Shown: one piece after another, positions 55,123-64,000 of the stretch
Layout of the letters: each line of letters starts with the position of its first letter
Position numbering within the stretch: the first letter of the stretch is position 1
From: Dyella sp.
GTDB taxonomy: Bacteria > Pseudomonadota > Gammaproteobacteria > Xanthomonadales > Rhodanobacteraceae
Reading direction: 5' to 3'
Assembly: GCF_036384435.1 (NCBI RefSeq)
Contig: NZ_DASVMI010000030.1
Span: 57,946 to 121,945 of the forward strand
DNA length: 64,000 nt
The notes under the pieces: model-generated
What the model saw: the letters and a program-made list of their open reading frames with translations, nothing else
What the model was told of the DNA's origin: nothing
The model's database searches: none
Made by a program: the position numbers and the translations under genes

Positions 55123-56193
55123 TCACGGCGCGGTTTGCCAGGCGGCACGATCCTCGACTGTCCAGAGGGGACTCACCGCGCTACCCTGCGCGGCCGCGGC
55201 TATCGCTGCTTCAAGCACCATCATCACGGTGATGGCCTGGGCAGGCGTCACGGGATTGCTGCCCTGGCCGAGCAAGGCATCGCGCAACGCCTGGTAATAC
55301 CGCCGTTGATCGCCCAACGGCACCAGCTCGCGCGATATGCCACCGGCACCATCGTGGAAGACCAGCGCGTCCTCGTCCTCCCCCCAGGTGGCCTGGCCTG
55401 GACGCACGCCAGCCAGCAACTGTGCTTCCTGTGGGTCGGGCAGATATTTTACGGCGCTGCCGCGCGTACCATGCACGACAAAGCGTGGGCTGCCGCCAGC
55501 CACCAGCATGCTGGCATGCAGGACCACCCGCCGCTGTCCGTATATCAGCACCACGTGCGCCCAATCCGGCGTTTCACCATCCGCACGCTGCACCGCAAGA
55601 CTCGCCATCACCTGGTCAGGCAGACCGAACAGCACCAGGGCCTGATCGACCAGATGCGGCCCGAGGTCATACCACAGCCCCGTACCGGCGCCAGCTTGTT
55701 CACGCCAGCGCGCCCGCACTTGCGGTCGAAAGCGATCAATATGCGATTCGAAATGCACGACATCGCCGAGCCGGCCGCTGTCGATACCTTGTCGCACCCC
55801 GAGAAAGTCACTGTCCCAGCGACGATTCTGGAAGACCGACAGCACGCGATCGTGCTTGTACGCTGTGCCAGCCAGTGCACGCGCCTGCGTCACGTCGAGC
55901 GCGAACGGTTTATCCACCACGACGTGCTTGCCCGCTTCCAGCGCGGCGTGCGCGAGGGGAGCATGCGTGTCGTTGGGCGATGCGATGACCACCAAATCGA
56001 TATCTGGATGGGTGAAGGCTTGCGACGGTTCGGCCATCACCTGGACATCCGGCAGATCGGCGTGCACCTTGGCCGCGTCTCGCGATACCACGCTCGTCAA
56101 TGCCAGCCCAGGCACCCCGGTAATCAGCGGAGCATGAAATGTCTTGCCGGCATAGCCGTAACCGATCAACGCAACATGTATGGCAGCAGCCAT
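55123..56193 (-). CDS. Gfo/Idh/MocA oxidoreductase (YdgJ-like)
   Basis: IGYGYAG, VVVDKPF, FQNRRWDSDF, GLWYDLGPHLVDQA. Confidence 0.93.
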   Translation of the reverse strand: MAAAIHVALIGYGYAGKTFHAPLITGVPGLALTSVVSRDAAKVHADLPDVQVMAEPSQAFTHPDIDLVVIASPNDTHAPLAHAALEAGKHVVVDKPFALDVTQARALAGTAYKHDRVLSVFQNRRWDSDFLGVRQGIDSGRLGDVVHFESHIDRFRPQVRARWREQAGAGTGLWYDLGPHLVDQALVLFGLPDQVMASLAVQRADGETPDWAHVVLIYGQRRVVLHASMLVAGGSPRFVVHGTRGSAVKYLPDPQEAQLLAGVRPGQATWGEDEDALVFHDGAGGISRELVPLGDQRRYYQALRDALLGQGSNPVTPAQAITVMMVLEAAIAAAAQGSAVSPLWTVEDRAAWQTAP

Positions 56194-56263
56194 GAATCTT
56201 CACCATCAAGAACGAACCCGCACCCATGATAAGCGGTGCGGGTTCCATGCCATGTCTACGCGG

Positions 56264-56800
56264 TCATGCCAGTGCAGGCGCGGCGGGGAAATCCACTGGG
56301 ACGCGGGTGACGCCATGCAGGTAGTTGGTCACCGTCTTGTCGCCGATGACCACGATGACATCGACCAGGTTTTCCTGAGTCCAACCTGCAGCCAGGAAGG
56401 CGTCGACCGGGGCCGGATCGGCGTGCCCACGCTGTACCGCGACATCCTTTACCAGGCGCGCCAGCGCGTCGAGCTTTGCATCGAAGCCCGCAGTGCCACC
56501 GCGAATCTGGAGCATCTGCTCGTCGGTGAAACCATGCATCCGGCCAATCAACGTATGCGCCGCCAGGCAATACTCACAGTGATTGACCTGACTGACCACC
56601 AGGTTCACTACTTCACGCGCCTTGCCGGTCATGCTGCTTGGCGCATTCTGGAAGGCCAGGTAATTGCCCAGCGCGTGTTCGGAAAGCGCGAGCGTGGCAT
56701 ACAAGTTGGGTACCTTGCCCAGGGCCTTGGTCAGGTTGTCGAACAAAACCTGGTTGGCGGGAGATACGTCGGTGCGAGAGGGAACGACGAACGTGGTCAT
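56264..56800 (-). CDS. AhpD/carboxymuconolactone decarboxylase family protein
   Basis: VSQVNHCEYCLAAH. Confidence 0.92.
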   Translation of the reverse strand: MTTFVVPSRTDVSPANQVLFDNLTKALGKVPNLYATLALSEHALGNYLAFQNAPSSMTGKAREVVNLVVSQVNHCEYCLAAHTLIGRMHGFTDEQMLQIRGGTAGFDAKLDALARLVKDVAVQRGHADPAPVDAFLAAGWTQENLVDVIVVIGDKTVTNYLHGVTRVPVDFPAAPALA

Positions 56801-56857
56801 GGGAAACTCCGTGTCTGATGAAAAGAAACCTGATGAAGGGAAACCTGAAAAGGGGAA

Positions 56858-57607
56858 TCACTGCGCGAGATAGCCGCCATCGACCGCAATCGACTGCCCG
56901 GTAAGAAAGCGCGCCTTGTCGCTGGCCAGAAACAGGATGGTCTGCACGATCTCATCGACCTGGGCGGCCCGGCGCGCGGGAATCGTCGCCAGGAAGCCGG
57001 CCTTGCTGTCCTCGCTGCGGCCGACGAAACGATCGAGCATGTCGGTGGCCACCGGACCCGGGGCCACGGCGTTGACGCGAATGCCAAGCGCCGCGCCTTC
57101 CAGCGCCACGCTGCGCGTCAAGCCCTCCACCGCATGCTTGCTGGCGACGTAGACCGAAGCGCCCGGGATGCCGATCTTGCCGGCGATGGAAGACACGTTG
57201 ACGATGGCGCCAGCGCCCTGCTCACGCATCGCACGCATTTCGTGCTTCATGGAAAGCAACGTGCCCAGGACATTGGTCGCGAAGGTGGTCTCGTAGTTGT
57301 CGACGGTCTGCTCGTCGACGGGCGCCGACTGGCCTTCGGTGCCGGCGTTGTTTACCGCCACATCAAGGCGACCGAAGCGCTGTACCGTCTGTTCGACCAG
57401 CTGCCGAACTTCGGCTTCGGCACGCACATCCGCGCGAATGAATTCGGCCTGTGCACCCAACGCACGTAATTGAGCCGCCACGGCCTGTCCGGCTTCTTCG
57501 CGACGGCCGCTGACGACTACGCGGGCACCTTCGCGGGCGAACGCCACGGCCGTGGCGTGACCGATACCAGTCAGGGCGCCGGTCACCAGGACAACGGGGG
57601 TATTCAT
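56858..57607 (-). CDS. SDR oxidoreductase
   Basis: TGALTGIG, NNAGTEG, YVASKHAV. Confidence 0.93.
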   Translation of the reverse strand: MNTPVVLVTGALTGIGHATAVAFAREGARVVVSGRREEAGQAVAAQLRALGAQAEFIRADVRAEAEVRQLVEQTVQRFGRLDVAVNNAGTEGQSAPVDEQTVDNYETTFATNVLGTLLSMKHEMRAMREQGAGAIVNVSSIAGKIGIPGASVYVASKHAVEGLTRSVALEGAALGIRVNAVAPGPVATDMLDRFVGRSEDSKAGFLATIPARRAAQVDEIVQTILFLASDKARFLTGQSIAVDGGYLAQ

Positions 57608-57722
57608 GCTTAACTCCTTGGCAAGCAGGTTGCGTTGGAGCGGACTTTGATTCATTCCCCTTTACGCAACTAGAAGCGCAATTGGCATATCATTAAGTCC
57701 ATTCAGGCATGAAATGATCCCG

Positions 57723-58634
57723 ATGGATAAATTGCAGGCAATGCAAACCTTGGTGCGCGTGGTCGAGTCGGGGAGTTTTTCTGCCGTGGCGCGCGAGCAG
57801 AACACGACACAGAGTGCGGTGAGCAAACAGGTCGCCGCCCTTGAGCGTGCACTGGATGCGAAGTTGTTGATCCGCACCACGCGCTCGCTGGCACTGACTG
57901 AGGAAGGCGAACGCTATTTCGAGCAGGCACGGCGCGTGGTCGCCGACGTGGCTGAGGCCGAGACGTCGCTCAAGCATGGCTCGACGCAACTGAAGGGATG
58001 GCTGCGCGTGGCGGCATCCGGTGGCTTTGGGCGTCTCAAACTGATGCCGCTCGTGCAGACCTTCCTGGCCCAGCACCCGCAGGTGAGAATCGACCTGAGG
58101 CTGAGTGATGGCTTCATCGACCTGGTCGAGCAGGGCATCGACATCGCCGTCCGCATCGGCGAACTGGCCGACAGCCGGCTGGTGGCACGCCAGGTTGGCA
58201 CGTCGCGGCGTGGACTCATCGCGCACCGCACCTACCTGCGCAAGCTTCCCAAAGGCATCAAGCCACCGCGCACGCCAGAGGACTTGGCGCAGCACAACTG
58301 CATCGTCTATACCGGTTCCAGCATGCGCAACGCATGGCGTTTACAGGCCGGTGCCGGCGCCGCCGAACCGGAGGGCACAGGGCGCAGCGTCAAGGTCGAG
58401 GGCAACTTGCAGACCGACAGCAGCGAGGTGGTACGCGCATCGGTGCTGGCAGGGATGGGCATCTGCTACACGCCGTCCTGGTTGTTCGACGACGAACTGG
58501 CCAGCGGCGAGGTGGTGCGGTTGCTGCCGGACTGGTCGGTACTATCGCCCGTGCACCTGGTCACGCCACAGGAACGGCGGCATTCGGCAAAAGTACGCGC
58601 GTTCGGCGACCACGTAGCGGCGAGCCTGGCCTGA
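57723..58634 (+). CDS. LysR regulator (CrgA-like)
   Basis: GSFSAVAREQNTTQSAVSKQVAALE. Confidence 0.95.
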   Translation: MDKLQAMQTLVRVVESGSFSAVAREQNTTQSAVSKQVAALERALDAKLLIRTTRSLALTEEGERYFEQARRVVADVAEAETSLKHGSTQLKGWLRVAASGGFGRLKLMPLVQTFLAQHPQVRIDLRLSDGFIDLVEQGIDIAVRIGELADSRLVARQVGTSRRGLIAHRTYLRKLPKGIKPPRTPEDLAQHNCIVYTGSSMRNAWRLQAGAGAAEPEGTGRSVKVEGNLQTDSSEVVRASVLAGMGICYTPSWLFDDELASGEVVRLLPDWSVLSPVHLVTPQERRHSAKVRAFGDHVAASLA

Positions 58635-58815
58635 GTGATTCGGGCCGCTGCGCCTCTGATCGAACGCAGCCATCGAAACAATGCAAGGCAGCATCGTGCA
58701 AACGGCAAATCTGTCACGGCAGTTTGGATTATCATAGGCGCCACAATTCCCAGCCGTTGTCCGCCGTGAACCTCCCCACTCCCGCGCCGACAGTGAAACC
58801 TAACGGGTTTCGTGC

Positions 58816-60258
58816 ATGAGCGCGCCGCAAGACTCTTCGACACCCCCCGAAGCCGCCACGGCCCCGGTCACCATCGATTACCGCATCATTTCCCTGATCG
58901 TCGCGTGTTCCATCTTCATGGAACAGCTCGACGCTACGGTGCTGGCCACCGCATTGCCGGCCATGGCCAGGGATTTCCACGTCAACGCGCCGGCGATGAG
59001 CATCGCGATCACCTCCTACCTGTTGATGTTGGCGATCTTCATTCCGGCCAGTGGCGCCATGGCCGATCGTTTCGGCGCGCGGCGCGTATTCAGTTCGGCG
59101 ATCGGCGTATTCGTGGTCGGCTCCATCCTGTGCGCCTGGACGACCAGCCTGCCGCTGATGGTGGCCGCTCGCGTGCTGCAAGGCGCCGGCGGCGCGATGA
59201 TGGCTCCCATCGGGCGGTTGATCCTGTTACGTACTGTGGAACGCAAGTACCTGGTTTCGGCGATGTCCTGGACGCTGGTGCCGGCCTTCCTGGGGCCGCT
59301 GATCGGTCCGCCACTGGGCGGCTTCATCGTGACTTATCTCGATTGGCGATGGATCTTCTACATCAACGTACCGGTTGGGGCGCTCGGTTTCGTGCTCGTG
59401 AGTCGGCTCATTCCCGATATCGCGGCCGAGAGCCATGCCACACGTTTCGATTTTCCCGGATTCGTGCTGTGCGGCGTCGGCTTGGGCTGCCTGTTGTTCG
59501 GTTTCGAAACGGTGGGACAGGGCTCCGAATTGACGCGTGCACTGGTATTGCTCGCCATCGGCCTGGCGGCCAGCATCGGCTATGTCATCTATGCGCGTCG
59601 ACGTGAAAATCCTTTGCTCGATCTTTCGTTGATGAAGATCGATTCGTTCCGCCTGTCGACGATCGGCGGCTCGCTGATGCGCATCACCCAAGGCGCCCAA
59701 CCGTTTCTGCTGCCGTTGATGTTCCAGATCGGCTTTGGCTGGTCGGCGGTCAAGAGCGGCCAGTTGATCCTGGCCACCACGCTTGGCGCCATCGTCACCC
59801 GAAGTTTCACGCCACGCCTGCTTCGCAGGGTCGGCTTCCGCAACGGCATGATCTTCAATGGCGTGCTATCGAGCCTGGGCTATGCGGTGTGTGCGCTGTT
59901 TCGTCCTGGCTGGCCTTATCCGGTGATGTTCGTGCTGCTGTTCTGCTGCGGCGCGTTCATGTCGTTCCAGTTCGCCGCCTATAACACCATCGCTTACGAG
60001 AACGTGCCCAGCACACGGGTAAGTGCCGCCAACAGCTTCTACACCACGTTGCAGCAATTGATGCTCTCGGTCGGCGTGTGCGCCGGCGCGCTGATCCTCA
60101 AGACGGCCATGGTGGCCGGTGGCAGCAAGCAACCGGAGCTTTCCGACTTCTCCATCGCATTCCTGGTAGTGACACTGATTTCGCTCAGCTCCACCCGGTG
60201 GCACGTGAAATTCGCCCCCGATGCGGGGCACGAATTGAGTGGGCATCGGAGCCGCTGA
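58816..60258 (+). CDS. MFS transporter, DHA2 (14-TM) type
   Basis: MEQLDATVLATALP, ADRFGARRVF, GPPLGG, WRWIFYINVPVG. Confidence 0.93.
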   Translation: MSAPQDSSTPPEAATAPVTIDYRIISLIVACSIFMEQLDATVLATALPAMARDFHVNAPAMSIAITSYLLMLAIFIPASGAMADRFGARRVFSSAIGVFVVGSILCAWTTSLPLMVAARVLQGAGGAMMAPIGRLILLRTVERKYLVSAMSWTLVPAFLGPLIGPPLGGFIVTYLDWRWIFYINVPVGALGFVLVSRLIPDIAAESHATRFDFPGFVLCGVGLGCLLFGFETVGQGSELTRALVLLAIGLAASIGYVIYARRRENPLLDLSLMKIDSFRLSTIGGSLMRITQGAQPFLLPLMFQIGFGWSAVKSGQLILATTLGAIVTRSFTPRLLRRVGFRNGMIFNGVLSSLGYAVCALFRPGWPYPVMFVLLFCCGAFMSFQFAAYNTIAYENVPSTRVSAANSFYTTLQQLMLSVGVCAGALILKTAMVAGGSKQPELSDFSIAFLVVTLISLSSTRWHVKFAPDAGHELSGHRSR

Positions 60259-60403
60259 CGCGAGGCTTGGCTGGGTCACCGGCCGCTCTGCACACAGGAG
60301 CGAATTCATTGGCGATGCAACTTGCGATTCAGTCGCAGGTTGGGGCTTTTAAAACCTCCACACCCCAACTCCCTTGCAATTTGCATCGCGGATGAATTCG
60401 CTT

Positions 60404-61177
60404 CTACGGCGTCGCGTCGCGGCGTTGAAAATCGCAGCGGTGCCGGCTTGGCATGACTTCGAGTGTGTCAGCCAATTGCAAGCGTGCCTTGGCACCGCCT
60501 TCGCGCACGTATGCCAGTTCCTTGGCGGTGATCAGCACGATCGGCACCATGCGTACCGGAGACAGCGGCATGTCCTGGATCACGTCGGGGAAGTCGGGGC
60601 GCGGACCGCCCAGCAGGATGCCCAGGCAATCGTCTTCGCTGATGAAATGCCCGGGTACCTGCACAGCAATATCCGGCGCCTGGCTGACGCCTGGCAGTTC
60701 CATCGACAACACGCCGTAGGTCTCCAGGCGATCGACGATCCCGCCCGCGCCGGCCACGAGCTCGCCCACATGGTGCAATAACTGAAACGCCCAACTGTCC
60801 TTCAACCGGCTGACGTCGCCCCGCCGGCCGGCGAAAGCCGGATCGATATCCGACGTTTCCAGGAACAGCTCCATGCCGAAGCCATTGAGCGGCGGCTGCA
60901 ATGACTCGAAAGGATCGGACATGCCGTCGGTGGCAAGCACGATAGCGTGGTCACGACGCACCACACGATACGCCTGGCGCAAGGTCGGCCATGCCACACC
61001 GCCGGTGAGCTGCGGGCTGATCAGATTGGCCAGTACATCGCGCTCGGGTGTACCGACCGAGGCCCAGTACGCATCCAGGCGCTGGTGGGTGACGTCATCG
61101 GCCGGCTGCCCCGAACGCGCCGGCTCGTTCGGCGGCGTTGCTTGATTGTGCTTGCGAAACCGGTCAAACCATCCCAT
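60404..61177 (-). CDS. SUFU-like domain protein
   Basis: WPTLRQAY, LATDGMSDPF, GFGMELF, VLSMELP, LITAKEL. Confidence 0.8.
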   Translation of the reverse strand: MGWFDRFRKHNQATPPNEPARSGQPADDVTHQRLDAYWASVGTPERDVLANLISPQLTGGVAWPTLRQAYRVVRRDHAIVLATDGMSDPFESLQPPLNGFGMELFLETSDIDPAFAGRRGDVSRLKDSWAFQLLHHVGELVAGAGGIVDRLETYGVLSMELPGVSQAPDIAVQVPGHFISEDDCLGILLGGPRPDFPDVIQDMPLSPVRMVPIVLITAKELAYVREGGAKARLQLADTLEVMPSRHRCDFQRRDATP

Positions 61178-61197
61178 TACTCGATCTCCCTCTCAAA

Positions 61198-61950
61198 TCA
61201 ACCTGGACGGTGCACCGCCAACGGTCCGAACGCCTGTGTTACAGGCATCACCTCGATGGTGTTGACGTTGAAATGCGGCGGCAGGCTGGCGATCCAGAAC
61301 ACCGTCTGGGCAATATCCTCGGCGCTCAGGAATTGCGTGTTCTCGTAGACCTTGGCCGCACGCGACGCATCGCCATGAAAACGTACCTTGGAAAACTCGG
61401 TACCACCGGCGAGGCCTGGCTCGACATCGGTCACGCGCACTGGCGTGCCCAGCAGGTCCGCGCGCAGGTTGAGCGAGAATTGGCGCACGAACGCCTTGGT
61501 CGCACCGTACACGTTACCGCCGGGATACGGATAGGAACCGGCGACCGAACCGATGTTGATCACATGGCCACGGCCCCGTTCGACCATGCCCGGCAGGAAG
61601 CTGCGCGTGGCATACATGACACCCTTGATGTTGGTGTCGACCATGGTTTCCCAATTATCCATGTCCGCCTGCTGTGCCGGCTCCAGGCCCAGCGCTAGAC
61701 CTGCGTTGTTGACCAGCACATCGACCGCGGCAAATTCCGCAGGCAAATTCGCCGGCAATGCCGCCACCGCCGCGCGATCGCTCACGTCAAGCACGAACGG
61801 CAGCACATGCTCGCGTCCCAGTTCATCGGCGAGTTTTTCCAGCAATGGACCGCGACGGCCCACCGCGACAACGCGGTGCCCATCAGCCACGAAGCGGCGA
61901 ACGATGGCTTCACCAAAACCCGAGGAAGCCCCGGTAACCAGGATGATCAT
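61198..61950 (-). CDS. ydfG: NADP-dependent 3-hydroxy acid dehydrogenase (YdfG-like SDR)
   Basis: TGASSGFG, NNAGLALGLEPA, YPGGNVYGATKAFV, EPGL.GGTEFS.VRF.GD. Confidence 0.9.
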   Translation of the reverse strand: MIILVTGASSGFGEAIVRRFVADGHRVVAVGRRGPLLEKLADELGREHVLPFVLDVSDRAAVAALPANLPAEFAAVDVLVNNAGLALGLEPAQQADMDNWETMVDTNIKGVMYATRSFLPGMVERGRGHVINIGSVAGSYPYPGGNVYGATKAFVRQFSLNLRADLLGTPVRVTDVEPGLAGGTEFSKVRFHGDASRAAKVYENTQFLSAEDIAQTVFWIASLPPHFNVNTIEVMPVTQAFGPLAVHRPG

Positions 61951-62529
61951 GACGTACCTCTGACAATCGAAAACCATGGCGCGAGCGCCGCGCAAGGCCG
62001 GCGCGCCCTCAATCATCGTCAAAGGATGCCACAGGCAGATGCCTGTACGGTGTTGTCTTCGTGACTGCGCATGGGCCTGATCGCGCGCAAATCAGATGAG
62101 GCATGCTTTCACGCCAGCGTCTTGCCCCATCAGGTGCCCGAGCAGGTCCTGCCCGCCAGCGCGCTCCGATACCTGGAGGGACCTGAAACACCCGGGTTTC
62201 ATCGATCACCCGGGCGGCCAGGCCATGGCACCCAGGCATCCGCGCGGCGGCTGCGGCAGCCCGGCGATCGACACGTTGTGACTGATCCGTCGTTCGCCGT
62301 GGCCATGGTCACGGCGCTCCGAGCAGATCATCGTGCCATGGTGCGAACGGATCGAGTGACAGACCCGCGCATCGTCACGCCGCGCCTGGCCTGGGCGTGA
62401 TCGCCAGGCACCGGGTGGAAGCCGCCTCGTTCATTTGACGGACATCCGGCAGTGGAGACACTACCGGCTTTGGCATTCCCCGGATACGCCGTGCTGACCG
62501 TACAAGATCGACCACGTGCCCAGGGCGGC

Positions 62530-63636
62530 ATGACCCGGCGCCTGCTGCGCGCCACCCTGTCCTTGGCGGCCTGCCTGTCTCCCATGGCCGCCTGCCACGC
62601 CCAGGCCACGAACGCCGATACCGCGCCACGCGGTCCCTTCAACATCGTGGTGAAGAACGACAAGCTCACGCTCGCCGTCGCCAAGGCTACGCAGGTGTAT
62701 ATCTCCGGCACCATCGATGCGAACGCACCCAAGCGCTTCGAGGACATGCTGCGCACAGGCAAGATTCCGTCCGACTCGGATATCTACCTGGATGCCTCCG
62801 GCGACGACGTCACCGCCGGCTACGCCCTTGGCAAGCTGTTTCGCGATTCGGCCATGACCACGCACCTGGGCGCACTCAAGCTGCCTGGAGAGCCGCCTCG
62901 ATCCGCCACGTGCAGCAACGCCTGCCTGTTTGCCTTCATGGGCGGCCTTTATCGCTGGTCGCCCTCTGGCGCGGACCGACTGGGCGTGCGCCAATCATTC
63001 GTGGGCGGACTTTGGCCGCGAGGTCCGCAGAAGACGCAGACGCCAGCGGACATGGTCGATTACCTCAAGCGCATGGACATCAACTTCTGGTCACTGGTGC
63101 GCTCGCCGGTGCCGCAACCCAATGACATGGTGTGGCTGGATGCAGATCAGACCAATGGCTGGGGCGTAGCCAACAATGGTCGGCTGCCTTTGCACGCCGA
63201 CTATCCCACCGAAGCCATTCCGCCCACGCTGACCTTGAGCCAGGTCACGCGCGCCGGCATGAATCGCATGACCGTGGTGTGCACACCCACCGGCGCCACG
63301 CTGACCGCCTATTACACAGTGGGCGCCGAACGCGCCAAGCAGCTGGTCGCCCGACAGCAACGCGCGCTGTTCGAAATCAATCAGCTGGAAATCCTGCCGA
63401 TGCAATCCGGGCGCGCTCGCGTGACTGGCGACGCCATCGTCATTAGCAGGCCGCTGTCGTTCGAACAACTCAATGCGTTTCTCAATACGTTCTCCACGGG
63501 CGCCTGGATCAAGGACAAGAACGGCGCCGTTCGCTACGGCTTCACCATGGGGCCGGCACGCGTAAAGGACAGCTACACCACATACTTCGCCAACTGCCAG
63601 AAGTCGGCACCACGCGCCGCTTCGCCAGCTCAGTAA
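62530..63636 (+). CDS. Exported protein with degenerate ClpP/crotonase-like (COG3904-type) domain
   Basis: Signal peptide; ISGTID...IYLDASGD...TCSNACLFAFMGG..R...LGVRQ. Confidence 0.65.
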   Translation: MTRRLLRATLSLAACLSPMAACHAQATNADTAPRGPFNIVVKNDKLTLAVAKATQVYISGTIDANAPKRFEDMLRTGKIPSDSDIYLDASGDDVTAGYALGKLFRDSAMTTHLGALKLPGEPPRSATCSNACLFAFMGGLYRWSPSGADRLGVRQSFVGGLWPRGPQKTQTPADMVDYLKRMDINFWSLVRSPVPQPNDMVWLDADQTNGWGVANNGRLPLHADYPTEAIPPTLTLSQVTRAGMNRMTVVCTPTGATLTAYYTVGAERAKQLVARQQRALFEINQLEILPMQSGRARVTGDAIVISRPLSFEQLNAFLNTFSTGAWIKDKNGAVRYGFTMGPARVKDSYTTYFANCQKSAPRAASPAQ

Positions 63637-63646
63637 CTTCTCGCTC

Positions 63647-64000
63647 CTAGCCTGCCAGCGCCTCGATCACGCTTTGCCGCAACCACGCATGCGCCGCATC
63701 GCTATCGCGGCGCGCATGCCAGACCAGCCGGAAAGCGAATGGCTCGATCTGCAACGGCGGGGCGAACACGCGCAAGCGGCGGTTACGGCTGGCTTGCCGC
63801 AGGCTGCGTTGCGCCACGGTAAGTATGAGATCCGTTCCGGCGATCACCTCGGCGGCCACGCCCCAGTGCGGCAACGTCAGCCTGACCACACGCTTCACAC
63901 CATGCAAGGACAGTGCGCGATCGATCTCGTTGTCCACCTCGCCATACAGGCCGACCAGCACGTGCGGACGTCCCAGCCAGCTCGCCAAGTCCAAGGCGTT
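63647..64000 (-). CDS. LysR regulator, C-terminal substrate-binding part (start lies beyond the window)
   Basis: LPHWGVAAEVIAGTDLILTV...WHARRDSDAAHAWLR. Confidence 0.85.
   Translation of the reverse strand, partial: NALDLASWLGRPHVLVGLYGEVDNEIDRALSLHGVKRVVRLTLPHWGVAAEVIAGTDLILTVAQRSLRQASRNRRLRVFAPPLQIEPFAFRLVWHARRDSDAAHAWLRQSVIEALAG

Noticed and set aside
52645-56229. 396-aa (52645-53835) and 420-aa (54967-56229) plus-strand ORFs
   Set aside because: Antisense to well-supported minus-strand genes
62023-62529. Small ORFs between ydfG and the exported protein
   Set aside because: All frames are short or interrupted, with no recognisable family

Overview
GC-rich proteobacterial chromosome window; gene content suggests Xanthomonadales, probably Rhodanobacteraceae (inference). 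(1) 1-3127: partial SPFH/flotillin gene, YjfI-family gene with an N-terminal RHH-like extension, a secreted His-rich minipeptide, a SnoaL protein and tRNA-Ile2(CAT). (2) About 3130-9350, directly downstream of the tRNA: a more AT-rich, decaying island. It holds a TniQ-like remnant, an orphan integron gene cassette (284-aa PD-(D/E)xK-like ORF plus 60-bp attC), an IS3-family element, a single-HKD PLD nuclease, an EcsC protein and pseudogene debris. (3) 9350-37500: accessory metabolic and stress genes, including a GlxA regulon with SDRs, DJ-1 and two tautomerases, a BigR/persulfide dioxygenase/YeeE set, GH30, truncated GH2, DHA kinase, a YtrA-ABC-acyltransferase operon, a SUFU protein and a CmcJ/NvfI dioxygenase. 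(4) 38106-48854: a stand-alone trimodular NRPS (Cstarter-A-T-C-A-T-C-A-T-R), predicted by hand to make an N-acyl-(basic aa)-Pro-Phe aldehyde or alcohol. (5) 48900-64000: O-methyltransferase/TetR, MFS transporters, a secreted thermopsin/glutamic-peptidase-like protein, oxidoreductases, LysRs and a second SUFU protein. The strongest candidates for undescribed systems are the NRPS product, the attC nuclease cassette and the EcsC-PLD nuclease pair. All family assignments come from motif recognition, not database searches.
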